Part shown: piece after piece, positions 10,384 through 20,087 of the stretch
How positions within the stretch are numbered: the stretch's first letter is position 1
How the letters are laid out: each line of letters begins with the position of its first letter
Source of the DNA: Candidatus Dormiibacterota bacterium
GTDB taxonomy: Bacteria > Chloroflexota > Dormibacteria > Aeolococcales > Aeolococcaceae
Reading direction: 5' to 3'
Length of the DNA stretch: 64,000 bases
Assembly (NCBI GenBank): GCA_963697085.1
Contig: CAVOMR010000003.1
Coordinates: 1,026,745-1,090,744, forward strand
Program-made: the position numbers and the translations under genes
The notes under the pieces: generated by a model
What the model was told of the DNA's origin: nothing
The model's database searches: none
What the model saw: the letters and a program-made list of their open reading frames with translations, nothing else

Positions 10384-11670
10384 ATGAGCGTCACGGTCCT
10401 GGTCGGTGGGCAATGGGGCGATGAAGGCAAGGGCAAGGTCATCGACCTCCTGGCCGACACCGTCGACATGGTCATCCGCTCGCAGGGTGGGAACAACGCG
10501 GGTCACACCGTCGTCACCGGCGGCAAGGAGCATCGCTTCCACCTGATCCCGAGCGGCATCCTCTACCCGCAGACGACGTGCGTCATCGGGCATGGCGTCG
10601 TCGTCGACCCGAAGGCCTTCCTCCAGGAGCTCGACGAGCTGCAGGCCGGTGGCGTGCCCGCGGAGAACCTCGTCCTGAGCGAGCGCGCACACATGGTCAT
10701 GCCGTATCACCCCGTCATCGACAAGGCGGGCGAGGAGCTGCGTGGCGACGACCGGCTGGGCACGACGTGGCGCGGGATCGGCCCCGCGTACGAGGACAAG
10801 GTTCGCCGCATCGGGTTCCGCATCGGCGACCTGCAGAAGCCCGCGTTTCTCGAGAAGAAGCTGCGGTTCGTCCTGCGGCTCAAGAACGAGACGCTGACGC
10901 GGCTGTACGACGCCGAGCCGTTCAACGAGCGCGAGATCCTCGACGAGTATCTCGGTTACGCGGAGCGCATCGACCCGTACATTCGCGACATCTACCCGCT
11001 GATCCAGGATGCGCTGGTCGCTGACAAGCGGATCCTGCTCGAGGGCGCCCAGGGCGTGATGCTCGACATCGACCTCGGGACCTACCCGTATGTGACATCT
11101 TCGTCACCAACTGCCGGCGGCGCGTGCACCGGCAGCGGCATTCCGCCGTCGCGGGTCACCAAGACTGTCGGTGTGTTCAAGGCGTACACGACGCGCGTCG
11201 GATACGGGCCGTTTCCAACGGAGTTGACGAACCTGCTCGGCGATCAACTGCGCGAGGTCGGCGCCGAGTACGGCACCACGACGGGTCGCGCGCGGCGGGT
11301 CGGATGGTTCGACGCCGCGGTGTCGCGCTACGCGGTCGCGACCAACGGCATCGACGCGATGGTGCTCACCAAGGTCGACGTGCTCGACGAGTTCGAGACG
11401 CTCCGGATCTGCACCGGCTACATGAGCAAAGGCGAGTACTGGGACCATCCGATGGCCAACATCTCCCACCTCAAGCACGTCGACCCCATCTACGAGGAAT
11501 TCCCGGGGTGGATGTCGCCGACACGCGAATGCCGGCGCTACGAGGATCTTCCGGACGCGTGCCGCGCCTACATCGACCGGGTCGGCGAGCTGTGCGGTGC
11601 GAGCGTCGACGTCGTCTCGGTCGGCCCCGACCGCGAGCACACGCTGGTGCGCCGCTCACTCCTCGACTGA
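10384..11670 (+). CDS. purA: adenylosuccinate synthase
   Basis: N-terminal P-loop MSVTVLVGGQWGDEGKGKVIDLLA. The protein is full-length (428 aa) and conserved throughout. Confidence 0.97.
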   Translation: MSVTVLVGGQWGDEGKGKVIDLLADTVDMVIRSQGGNNAGHTVVTGGKEHRFHLIPSGILYPQTTCVIGHGVVVDPKAFLQELDELQAGGVPAENLVLSERAHMVMPYHPVIDKAGEELRGDDRLGTTWRGIGPAYEDKVRRIGFRIGDLQKPAFLEKKLRFVLRLKNETLTRLYDAEPFNEREILDEYLGYAERIDPYIRDIYPLIQDALVADKRILLEGAQGVMLDIDLGTYPYVTSSSPTAGGACTGSGIPPSRVTKTVGVFKAYTTRVGYGPFPTELTNLLGDQLREVGAEYGTTTGRARRVGWFDAAVSRYAVATNGIDAMVLTKVDVLDEFETLRICTGYMSKGEYWDHPMANISHLKHVDPIYEEFPGWMSPTRECRRYEDLPDACRAYIDRVGELCGASVDVVSVGPDREHTLVRRSLLD

Positions 11671-11700
11671 CCGGGCGCGGGAGAGCGCCGGGAGAGTAGT

Positions 11701-11728
11701 GGCAGGGGGCGGAGGGCCACCCCCTGCC
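11701..11728 (+). terminator. GC-rich hairpin downstream of purA (candidate intrinsic terminator without a U-tract)
   Basis: Perfect 9-bp stem GGCAGGGGG / CCCCCTGCC with a 10-nt loop, 31 nt after the purA stop. Confidence 0.5.
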
Positions 11729-11891
11729 GGTCAGGAAGGGATAGGGAGAGTTTCAAAAAGTCACGCCGACCGTTGCGTCCCACCGCTCGGTCGGTGCACC
11801 AACCACCCGACAGCGATTATATCAAGAGGCGTGATGCCGATGCCACCCGGCGGGGCGTCGGCAGGCGGGCACGCGGGATGATGGACACACC

Positions 11892-13551
11892 ATGACGACG
11901 GCGACCGGGCGTGTCCGCGCTCCCGAGCTGAACGGGTCCGGGGGGTGGATCAACACGGACAAACCACTGTCGCTGCGCGACCTGCGCGGACGTGTGGTCG
12001 TCCTCGATTTCTGGACGTTCTGCTGCATCAACTGCCTGCGCGTCGTCGAGGAGCTGCGCCCTCTCGAGGAGCGCTTCGGCGACCGGCTCGTCGTGATCGG
12101 CGTCCACTCACCGAAGTTCCCGCACGAGTCCGACCACGCGGCGGTCGCGCGGGCGGTCGCGCGCCACCGGATCCGGCATCCGGTGCTCGACGACCCGGAG
12201 ATGGAGACCTGGCAGCAGTACGGCGTGCGAGCGTGGCCAACGCTGGTCGTGATCGACCCGGACGGCTACGTGGTGGCGATGGCCTCGGGCGAGGGCAACG
12301 GGCCCGCGCTCCGCGGCGTGATCGAGCAACTGCTGGACGGCCGCACCGACCTCGCCACCGGCCCCGCGTTCACCCCGGTGCGGATCCCCCCCACAGCCGC
12401 TCTCGCTTTTCCCGGCAAGGTCGCGTCCGACGGCGGCGACCGCATCGCGATCGCCGACACCGGGAATGATCGCGTCCTCGTGTCCGATCTTCGGGGACAC
12501 ATCCGGCATGTGTTCGACGGCTTCGACCAGCCGCAGGGAGTGCGCTTCGGCGGTGAGCGCCTCATCGTCTGCGACTCGGTCGCGGGCGAGGTGGTCTCGA
12601 TCGCGCTCCCGGGCGGCGAGCGCACAGTCCTCGCCTCCGGACTCCGCTCGCCGTGGGACTGCGTGCGGCTCGAGGATGGACGCATCGCCATCGCCGAGGC
12701 AGGCTCGCATCGCATCCTCGCCGTGCCCGATGCAGGCGGTCCGGCCACGGCGATCGCGGGCAGCGGAGCCGAGGGCCTGCGGGACGGCCCGGCCGGCTCG
12801 GCGCACCTCGCGCAGCCGAGCGGGCTGACGCTGCTTCCGGACGGCGCGCTCGCCTTCGCCAACTCCGAGGTCTCGGCGCTGCGTGTCCTCCGCAACGGGA
12901 CTGTGGAGACGCTCGCCGGCAAGGGGCTCTTCGAGTGGGGGACGGCCGACGGCGATCGGAGCAGTGCCCGCCTCCAGCACCCGCTCGGTGTGGGCGCGCT
13001 CCGCGACGGCTCGATCGCGGTCGCCGACACCTTCAACTCCTTGCTGCGAATCTGGGAGAAGGGTTCGCTGCGGACACTCCACCTGAGCGAGCCCGTCGAT
13101 GAGCCCGGAGGGATCGATGTGCTCCCGGACGGCCGCCTGCTCGTCGCCGACACCAATCATCACCGGGTGATCGCCGTCGATCCCGTCACGGGCGCGGTGA
13201 CCCGGATACCGGTCGGGGATGTGGCGCCGTCCACGCCGCCCGCAGGCGACGCGCTCGCCGGCGCGCCCGGCGCGGAGCTGCGGTTGACGGCGACGGTCGA
13301 CCTCGGCGATTCCGATCTCGATCTGGCGCAGGGTCCGCCCGTCCACGTGAACGTGAGCGCCGATCCTCCGACGCTCCTGGGCGCCGGCCCGCGCTCCTGG
13401 GCGCTCGAACTCGCTGCCCGCGTCGATCGAACTCCGTCTCGGTCAGGCGGGGAGCGGCGCGCTCGTCGTGGACGTCATCGCCTCGACGTGCAAGGGCGAC
13501 GTCTGCACGATCGCTCGAGCCACCCGAGAGCACGCGCTGGTCGTCGGCTAG
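11892..13551 (+). pseudogene. thioredoxin-like / NHL-repeat beta-propeller protein. The frame is broken near 13407-13434 as assembled.
   Basis: Thioredoxin-like VVLDFWTFCCINCLRV is followed by NHL-type repeats. As assembled, the ORF runs to 13859 in Arg-rich nonsense that overlaps cbpA. The other frame gives LRLGQAGSGALVVDVIASTCKGDVCTIARATREHALVVG-stop at 13551. Deleting one A in either GAACTC (13407 or 13429) joins the frames. Confidence 0.75.
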
Positions 13552-13572
13552 GGTCGCTCCGGCGAGCTCGGA

Positions 13573-14526
13573 TCAGCCGGCTGGAGCCTGCTGAGCCTTC
13601 GCCCAGTCGACGAGGTCCGCCGGAGGCGGGTGCGGGAGCCGAACGTCCACGGTCGCGAGGATGTCGCCCGCTCCGTCGCCGTGCAGGTGCGGCATGCCGA
13701 GACCGCGCAGCCGCAGCCGGGAGCCGTTCTGCGTCCCCGCGGGGATCGAGAGCTGGGCAGTGGTCCCACGCAGAGTCGGAACCTGGACGGTCCCCCCGGC
13801 GATCGCGGTGGCAAGGGGCGTCGGAACCCGGACCGCGAGATCGTTGCCGGTGCGCGTGAAGACGGGGTGCGGCCGGATGTGCACGCGGATGAAGAGGTCG
13901 CCTCTCGGACCGCCGTTGCGGCCGGCGCTCCCCTGCCCGGACGCGCGCACCCTGGCGCCGTCGTGGATGCCCGCCGGGATCTTCACCTCCACCCGTCGCG
14001 GCCCGTCCGCCGAGCTCATGTCGACGGTCAGGGGTGAGCCGGTGTACGCCTCCTCGAGCCCGATCTCGGCGTCACCCTCGACGTCAGCCCCTCGCCTGGC
14101 CACCCGCCGCCTGCCGCGACCGGCACTCGGCATCTCGGCCTCGCCGCCGAAGAACTGCTGGAAGAAGTCGCTGAAGGGAGCACGGTTCCCGAACATCCCC
14201 TCGAGCTCCTCGGGAGACACGGTCCGGTAGCCGAACTGATCGCCGCCGCTGAACGGGTTCGGCCCCGGCTTGCCGGCGCGTTCCCACTGCTCGTATTCCT
14301 GCCAGCGCGGGCCGAGCTCGTCGTACTTCTTGCGCTTCTCGGGATCGCCGAGGACCTCGTTGGCCTCGTTGATCTCCTTGAACTTGTCCTCGGCCGCCTT
14401 GTCGCCCTGGTTCACATCGGGGTGATGCTGGCGGGCAAGCTTGCGGAAGGCGGTCCGGATCTCCTTGTCGGTGGCTGTGCGCGGAACGCCGAGGATCGCG
14501 TAGTAGTCCTTGAACGTGGTGGCCAT
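13573..14526 (-). CDS. cbpA: J-domain co-chaperone, CbpA type (DnaJ-like without a zinc finger)
   Basis: J-domain DYYAILGVPRTATDKEIRTAFRKLARQHHPD, a G/F-like linker, DnaJ C-terminal domains and no CxxCxGxG repeats. Confidence 0.8.
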   Translation of the reverse strand: MATTFKDYYAILGVPRTATDKEIRTAFRKLARQHHPDVNQGDKAAEDKFKEINEANEVLGDPEKRKKYDELGPRWQEYEQWERAGKPGPNPFSGGDQFGYRTVSPEELEGMFGNRAPFSDFFQQFFGGEAEMPSAGRGRRRVARRGADVEGDAEIGLEEAYTGSPLTVDMSSADGPRRVEVKIPAGIHDGARVRASGQGSAGRNGGPRGDLFIRVHIRPHPVFTRTGNDLAVRVPTPLATAIAGGTVQVPTLRGTTAQLSIPAGTQNGSRLRLRGLGMPHLHGDGAGDILATVDVRLPHPPPADLVDWAKAQQAPAG

Positions 14527-14661
14527 CCTGGATCGCAGATACCTCGTACATGGCGGCCGCTAAACCCGGAACGCGCTGGTATTGTTGAGCCGTCTCCCCC
14601 ACAAGGGGCTTGAGGCCTCCCGGCGCCATATTCCGCATTCGACACACCCAAGCGCCCTGCA

Positions 14662-16020
14662 GTGAGCACATACCACCCCGCCCGCACCTGTCCGCTCGCC
14701 ACGCACCGGACGAGGCGGCGTCCGATCGGCGCCGTGATGCTCGTTCTCGCAGTGTTGGTGGGCTGGGGCACCCTCGCGTCCCGGGGCGCCTCGGCGGAGA
14801 TCGGGTTCGCGGAGGCAGGAGCCCTGCCGGGGCTCGGCTCGGGGAGGATCTGGAGCGTTGCGGTGGATCCCACGCAGCCCACCACGATCCTTGCCGGGAC
14901 GGACACCGGGGTCTATGTGTCGCGCGACACCGGGACGACCTGGACGCAGACGCTGACCGGGGTTCGGGTGTGGACTGTCGGGTTCGACGCGCGCCATGGG
15001 GGCGACGCCTTTGCCGGAACCGACGGCAAGGGTGTCTACGCGAGCCTCGACGGAGGCACCACCTGGACCGCCGCCTCGACCGGCCTGCAGAACCTCGACG
15101 TGCGTTCACTCGCGTTCGGCCTCGACGGGATCGCGGCGGGGACCAACGCGGGCGTGGCGCTCAGCCCCAACGGCATCACCTGGCATGATGGAGGCCTTGA
15201 CGCGTACTCGATCGCGGCGGTGGCGGTGGCGGCCAACTTCCCCCAGTTCACCGTGATCGCCGGAGCGGACAGCGGCAATCTCTCCGAGGGCTATCTCTTC
15301 ATGGCCAGCGGCGGTTCCGCATGGGAGGTGCTCCAGTCGGGGCTCCCCTCGGGCGCGGTCGTCTCGTCGATCACCTCGGGCCAGATCGACCTGGCGGTGC
15401 CCAAGCGTCCGCTGATCGTCGCGACCTCGGAGGGCATCTTCCGCAGCGGCGACGGGGGCGACACCTGGACCGCCGGCACCGGCGCGGCCGCCGGGACCAC
15501 GATCACGGTCGCCACATTCGGGCCGCTCGACCCCACGCTCGCCTATGCGGGAGTCGATGCCGGCGGCAGCACCGGCGGTGACTTCTACCGTTCGACCGAC
15601 GGGGGCATCACCTTCCACAAGGCGGACACCGGGCTGCCGAGTGGCAGCAAGAACATCGATTCGATCGCCGTGGCCACGACCACGCCTCCCGAGGTCGTCG
15701 TGGCGCTCAACCCGCCGACCGGCGGAAGCCACATCTACATCGAGACCGACACCGGCGCACCGACCCCGCCGAAGCTGATCCCCGAATCCCCGGGTGCGGC
15801 GGTCCCGTCCGCGGTCGCAACCCCGGTGCCGACAGCGACGCCGGTACCCGTCGCCACCAAGCCGACGGCCCCCACGCCGCCACCGAGCGGCATTCAGCGT
15901 TTCGCGCAGGCGGCCTTCCACTGGCCGACGCCGCTGGTCTACGAGATCTTCTTCGTCCTGCTCGCGCTCTACGTCTACATTCGCTGGCGTCAGCACTACT
16001 ACGTCGAAGGGCCTCCCTGA
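14662..16020 (+). CDS. exported BNR/Asp-box repeat protein with a Pro/Thr-rich stalk and a C-terminal TM anchor
   Basis: Repeats SRDTGTTW, SLDGGTTW, SGDGGDTW and STDGGITF. The C-terminal TM is LVYEIFFVLLALYVYI. An alternative start is ATG 14737. It is a paralogue-like relative of 7775-8671. Confidence 0.6.
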   Translation: MSTYHPARTCPLATHRTRRRPIGAVMLVLAVLVGWGTLASRGASAEIGFAEAGALPGLGSGRIWSVAVDPTQPTTILAGTDTGVYVSRDTGTTWTQTLTGVRVWTVGFDARHGGDAFAGTDGKGVYASLDGGTTWTAASTGLQNLDVRSLAFGLDGIAAGTNAGVALSPNGITWHDGGLDAYSIAAVAVAANFPQFTVIAGADSGNLSEGYLFMASGGSAWEVLQSGLPSGAVVSSITSGQIDLAVPKRPLIVATSEGIFRSGDGGDTWTAGTGAAAGTTITVATFGPLDPTLAYAGVDAGGSTGGDFYRSTDGGITFHKADTGLPSGSKNIDSIAVATTTPPEVVVALNPPTGGSHIYIETDTGAPTPPKLIPESPGAAVPSAVATPVPTATPVPVATKPTAPTPPPSGIQRFAQAAFHWPTPLVYEIFFVLLALYVYIRWRQHYYVEGPP

Positions 16021-16044
16021 CAGCTCCCGCCCTACCCTTGCGGG

Positions 16045-16794
16045 ATGATCGCCGCCTCCTCGGGACCGTCCATCCCGCTCGCGTTTCTCGCGGGCCTGGT
16101 CTCGTTTCTCTCGCCGTGCGTCTTCCCGCTGATGCCGGCCTACGCCGCGTACCTGAGCGGACGCGCAGGGACGCCGGCGCTTGCCGCGGCGTCGGCCTCC
16201 GGGGGGACGATCGTCACGTCGCGGCGCAGCTCGGTGATGACCACCGGGGTGGCGTTCGTCCTCGGATTCAGCATCATCTTCATCGCCGAGTACTACCTCC
16301 TCGAGGGCGTCCTCGCGATCACCGTGTTCCAGCGCAACCTGGACCTGGTCAACCGCATCGCGGGCGCGATCATCATGGTGCTCGCGCTCCAGACGATGGG
16401 ATTGCTGCGCTTCGGCTGGCTCGCTCGTGAACGGCGCTTTCACCTCCCGGTCTCGAGCGGCGCCGCCGGAGGGCTGCTGCTCGGCCTCACGTTCGCCGCG
16501 GGCTGGCTTCCCTGCCTCGGACCGCAACTCGGCGCGATCCTGACCATCGCCCAGAACCGGGAGTTCGGCGGCCTGCCGTTCATGCTCCTGTACTGCCTCG
16601 GGCTCGCGGTCCCGTTCCTCCTGGTCGCCCTGCTCGCCGACCGGCTGCAGGGCGCGCTCCGCAGCGTGAACCGGCACCTCCGCGTCATCAGCATCGTGGC
16701 CGGTCTGATCCTCTTCGGCTTCGGGCTCCTGATGGCGACCGGGCAGCTGACGGTGCTCAGCTCACTGTCGTTTCAGTCGCCGTTCAACCTGTAG
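16045..16794 (+). CDS. ccdA: cytochrome c biogenesis / thiol-disulfide transporter CcdA (DsbD family)
   Basis: Motif LVSFLSPCVFPLMPAYAAYLSG and six predicted TM segments. Confidence 0.8.
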   Translation: MIAASSGPSIPLAFLAGLVSFLSPCVFPLMPAYAAYLSGRAGTPALAAASASGGTIVTSRRSSVMTTGVAFVLGFSIIFIAEYYLLEGVLAITVFQRNLDLVNRIAGAIIMVLALQTMGLLRFGWLARERRFHLPVSSGAAGGLLLGLTFAAGWLPCLGPQLGAILTIAQNREFGGLPFMLLYCLGLAVPFLLVALLADRLQGALRSVNRHLRVISIVAGLILFGFGLLMATGQLTVLSSLSFQSPFNL

Positions 16795-18289
16795 GAGGCG
16801 CGGGCGGCGGGCTCGGCGCCACCTCCGGGCGGAGCCAGACGGTGACGGTGGTGCCGGCGCCCTCGGTGCTCTGGATGGCGACATCGCCGCCCTGGGCGCG
16901 CGCGAGCGCCTGCACGATGCTGAGGCCGAGCCCGCTGCCACCCTCCTCGCGTGCCCTCGTCTTCTCGCCGCGATAGAAGCGCTCGAAGACGTGGCCGAGG
17001 TCCGCTGCCGGGATGCCAGGGCCGTCGTCGTGCACCTCCAGCTTCACCCAGCCCTGCTCGACGGCGGTGCTCCATCGCTGCGGTGCTCCGTGCGCGTACT
17101 TGCACGCGTTGACGAGCAGGTTGCGAATGATCGTGCTCACCGCACCTCGATCCGCGTGCACCAGCAGCGGTGCGACCGCGTAGGCGCGCTGCACGTGCTC
17201 GGGCATCCCGGGGACACCCTCATCGAGCAGAGCGTCGACGGTGCCGTTCAGGTCGAAGTCCTCAGGGTGCGACTCACGCCGCGCGTCAAGACGCGCCAGC
17301 GTGAGCAGGTCCAGGACGAGCACGCGCATCCGCTCCGACTCGTTGCTCATCGCCTCGAGCGCCGCGTCGAGCGCTCCCGGGTCGCGTCCCGCTCCCCGGC
17401 GCAACACGTCGATGTATCCCTTGAGCGCCGTCACCGGCGTGCGCAACTCGTGCGACGCGTCAGCGATGAAGCGGCGGACCTGCGACTCGGAATCCTGTTG
17501 CGCCGCAAAGGCTTCCTGGATGCGGTCCGCCATGTGGTCGAAGCTGCTCGCAAGCTGGCCGACCTCGTCGGAGCTCGGTGTCAGTCGGCTTCGCGCCGTG
17601 AGGTCGCCGGAGGCGAGCTGCTCCGCCGTCGCGGTGAGCCGGCGCATCGGCCGGAGCGTCCGTCCGGTGAGGAGCACGCCGATGATGAGCGCCAGCACCA
17701 GCATCACGACGCCGCCGAGCGTGATGAGCAGCAGCTCGTCATGGAGGACGCCGTCGATCGGTGACATCGCAACGGACAGCTGTGCAACGCCGCAGGCACC
17801 GGACGCAGCGAGCACCGGGAAGGCGACGACGAGTTGATCGCCGCTCCTCGTCGTGAGCTGCTGCGGCCCCGAACGAACGCCGGTTGTCGCGACGCGCTGC
17901 AACACGCTCTGGTCGAGGAGTGGTGGCGCAGCACCGGCGGGAGCGACCGCGAGTTGCGCGAGCGCGCGGCTGTACACGACGACCTCCACGGTCTGCCCCG
18001 TCACGACGGACACCGCACGCGCCACACCACCCGCGACCAGGTCCGGTCGAGTCGTGCAGAGGCGCTTCCCGGTCGTGGTGGCGCCGAGCGCCGCCTCCTC
18101 GGTGACGAGCAATCGCCGCGCCGACGTGAAGTCGGCCTGCATCTCACCGACCCGGTTGCTGATCAGGCTGGCGCGCAGCGTGAGGTACTGGTAGCCGGCA
18201 AGCAGCACGAGCAGCAGCGCGAGCAGCCCGACAAACGTGAGTGTCAGCCGCCATCGCAGCGAGGCGAAGGCGTGAGCGATGCGACCCAC
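16784..18289 (-). CDS. sensor histidine kinase (HAMP-HisKA-HATPase)
   Basis: Two TM segments, a HAMP domain, H-box ADASHELRTPVTALKG, and the ATPase-region motifs HDDGPGIP and GGSGLGLSIV. Confidence 0.9.
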   Translation of the reverse strand: MGRIAHAFASLRWRLTLTFVGLLALLLVLLAGYQYLTLRASLISNRVGEMQADFTSARRLLVTEEAALGATTTGKRLCTTRPDLVAGGVARAVSVVTGQTVEVVVYSRALAQLAVAPAGAAPPLLDQSVLQRVATTGVRSGPQQLTTRSGDQLVVAFPVLAASGACGVAQLSVAMSPIDGVLHDELLLITLGGVVMLVLALIIGVLLTGRTLRPMRRLTATAEQLASGDLTARSRLTPSSDEVGQLASSFDHMADRIQEAFAAQQDSESQVRRFIADASHELRTPVTALKGYIDVLRRGAGRDPGALDAALEAMSNESERMRVLVLDLLTLARLDARRESHPEDFDLNGTVDALLDEGVPGMPEHVQRAYAVAPLLVHADRGAVSTIIRNLLVNACKYAHGAPQRWSTAVEQGWVKLEVHDDGPGIPAADLGHVFERFYRGEKTRAREEGGSGLGLSIVQALARAQGGDVAIQSTEGAGTTVTVWLRPEVAPSPPPAPPTG

Positions 18290-18292
18290 GAC

Positions 18293-18997
18293 CTACCGCT
18301 CGGCGGCGTTGCTCCCGTCGCCGGTGCTGCGCAGCCGGTAGCCGACACCGCGCACGGTCTGAATGCGCTCGTGCGCCGTGTCTCCGAGCTTCTGGCGCAG
18401 GTACCGGACGTAGACCTCGATGTTGTTCTCGTCGCCGAAGAAGTTGTACCCCCAGACCTCGTCGAGGATGCGCTGGCGCGCGAGCACCTGGTCCGCGTTG
18501 CTCGCGAGGTAGAGCAGGAGGTCGTACTCGCGCACGGACAGCTCCACCGCTCGATCGCCAGTGCGCACCTCGCGGGTCGCCGTGTCGATGGTGAGGTCAC
18601 CTGCGCGCACAACGCGACTGAGATCTGGGTTGCGGCGCCGCAGCACAGCGCGGATCCGCGCCAGCAGCTCGGCGAAATCGAAGGGCTTGACGAGATAGTC
18701 GTCGGCGCCGAGCTCCAGCCCCTGGATGCGATCGCTGGTCTCGTCGCGCGCGCTCAGGATGATGATCCCGCGCGACCGGTCACCGGAAAGCGCCTTGCAC
18801 AGCTCCCATCCGTTGATGCGGGGCATCATCAGGTCGAGGACGACGAGGTGTGGCTTGAACTCGTCGACGACGCGGAGCGCCACGTGCCCATCCGGCGCGG
18901 TGCGGACGTCAAAGCCTTCGTGGCGCAGGCCGAGCGCGATGAAGTCGGTGATGCTCTGCTCGTCATCGACGACGAGGACGCGGGTCGCTGCACTCAT
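18293..18997 (-). CDS. OmpR/PhoB-family response regulator
   Basis: Receiver VLVVDDE...PHLVVLDLMMP and winged helix YVRYLRQKLGD...IQTVRGVGYRL. It lies 3 nt upstream of the kinase gene. Confidence 0.92.
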   Translation of the reverse strand: MSAATRVLVVDDEQSITDFIALGLRHEGFDVRTAPDGHVALRVVDEFKPHLVVLDLMMPRINGWELCKALSGDRSRGIIILSARDETSDRIQGLELGADDYLVKPFDFAELLARIRAVLRRRNPDLSRVVRAGDLTIDTATREVRTGDRAVELSVREYDLLLYLASNADQVLARQRILDEVWGYNFFGDENNIEVYVRYLRQKLGDTAHERIQTVRGVGYRLRSTGDGSNAAER

Positions 18998-19098
18998 CGC
19001 TTCGAGTATATGGTCGGCCGAAGTGTGTCTCCGCGTCGATACGATCTCGTTGAACGCTTCTCAGCGCACTCTCAGCAGCCAACTACACTGGGATCGAG

Positions 19099-19878
19099 AT
19101 GGCTGATGCGAACGCACGCGCACGGAACGGGCTCGGCCTTGCCGAGGTGCACGCTCACACGCTCGCAAGCGACGGCATGGTGGGCGCGGAGGAGTTGGTG
19201 CGCGCCGCGGCGGGGATCGGGCTGCAGGTGCTGTGCATCACCGACCACGACACGATCAGCGACCTCCGGCCGGCAATCGAGCTCGGCGCGTCGCTCGGTG
19301 TCGACGTGGTCCAGGGTGAGGAGATCACGGCCTCGTTTCCCCCTGGGATCCACATCGTCGGCCTCTTCCTCGATCGCCAGATCCGTATGCACATGTCGGT
19401 TGAGGACACGGTCGACGCGATCCACGACGCGGGCGGCCTCGCGGTGATCGCGCATCCGTTCATGCCGACGTGGTTCGCCTCCATGACCCCTGGGCGAGCA
19501 CGCCGGTTGCTGGGATCCCACCACGTGGACGGCATCGAGTTGCGGCACACCGCGCCTGTGCTACCGCGAACCTGGGGGCACCTCGATTCGTTCTACGCGG
19601 AGCACAAGGGCCAACTCGGCGCAGCCCTCGGCGCCGGTGACAGCCATTTCGGCACACACGACCTGGGAAGAGTCCTGACGGTGTTCCCCGGGCGCACGGC
19701 AGCCGATCTCCGCACAGCGATCGAGGCGCGAACGACGTCTCCGCGATCGGGATCGGTGTCCCCGTCCGGGCCGCCCCTCAAGATGCGCCTCGCCCAGCAG
19801 TATCGATCGATGATCTGGCTCGGAGGCGAGCGCCGGGCCGGCCGCGTCGGAACCGGAGTGGGGCCAACGGGACGGTGA
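19099..19878 (+). CDS. PHP-domain metal-dependent phosphoesterase
   Basis: Motif EVHAHTLASDGMVGAEELVRAAAGIGLQVLCITDHDT. Confidence 0.75.
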   Translation: MADANARARNGLGLAEVHAHTLASDGMVGAEELVRAAAGIGLQVLCITDHDTISDLRPAIELGASLGVDVVQGEEITASFPPGIHIVGLFLDRQIRMHMSVEDTVDAIHDAGGLAVIAHPFMPTWFASMTPGRARRLLGSHHVDGIELRHTAPVLPRTWGHLDSFYAEHKGQLGAALGAGDSHFGTHDLGRVLTVFPGRTAADLRTAIEARTTSPRSGSVSPSGPPLKMRLAQQYRSMIWLGGERRAGRVGTGVGPTGR

Positions 19879-19900
19879 CCCCCGGTTAGAATCGGACCGG

Positions 19901-19976
19901 GCCCGTTTAGCTCAGTTGGTAGAGCAGGGAACTTTTAATCCCAAGGTCCAGGGTTCGAGCCCCTGAGCGGGCACCA
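19901..19976 (+). tRNA. tRNA-Lys (anticodon UUU), CCA encoded
   Basis: Cloverleaf: acceptor GCCCGTT/AGCGGGC, D arm GCTC..GAGC, anticodon loop CTTTTAA, T arm CAGGG-TTCGAGC-CCCTG, then ACCA. Confidence 0.93.
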
Positions 19977-19990
19977 AGTTCTTGTGAGAG

Positions 19991-20074
19991 TTCGGCGGAT
20001 GCGCGACAAAACGCATTCGGCTGAGGCTTTACACAGCTTCGGCTGATGCTTGACGCCAGGTTCGGCTGACTCCT
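19991..20074. repeat. four direct repeats (period 22-25 bp, core TTCGGCTGAnGCTT) between tRNA-Lys and the HNH gene
   Basis: Copies start at 19991 (TTCGGCGGATGCG), 20016 (TTCGGCTGAGGCTT), 20038 (TTCGGCTGATGCTT) and 20061 (TTCGGCTGACTCCT). Confidence 0.6.
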
Positions 20075-20087
20075 GACACCGGTTCCG

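Noticed and set aside
11820-11880. An imperfect long hairpin upstream of the thioredoxin/NHL gene could be a riboswitch.
   Set aside because: It is only a GC-rich imperfect stem (GCGTG..GCCGA...TCGGC..CACGC). No conserved riboswitch core motif is recognisable.
11949-11964. The identical 16-mer ATCAACACGGACAAAC occurs at 11949-11964 (inside the thioredoxin/NHL gene) and at 21349-21364 (upstream of the HNH gene).
   Set aside because: About one chance 16-mer match is expected among all position pairs in 64 kb on both strands. The flanking sequence shows no further similarity.
14527-14661. I looked for a HAIR (HspR) or CIRCE heat-shock operator upstream of the cbpA-like gene.
   Set aside because: Only partial CTTGAG-like strings are present. 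There is no inverted repeat matching CTTGAGT-N7-ACTCAAG or TTAGCACTC-N9-GAGTGCTAA.
19927-19943. There is an A:C mismatch in the anticodon stem of tRNA-Lys (GGGAA / TCCCA).
   Set aside because: All other arms and the CTTTTAA loop are canonical. A single stem mismatch is tolerated in tRNAs, and I cannot distinguish it from a base-call error. It is not evidence of a pseudo-tRNA.
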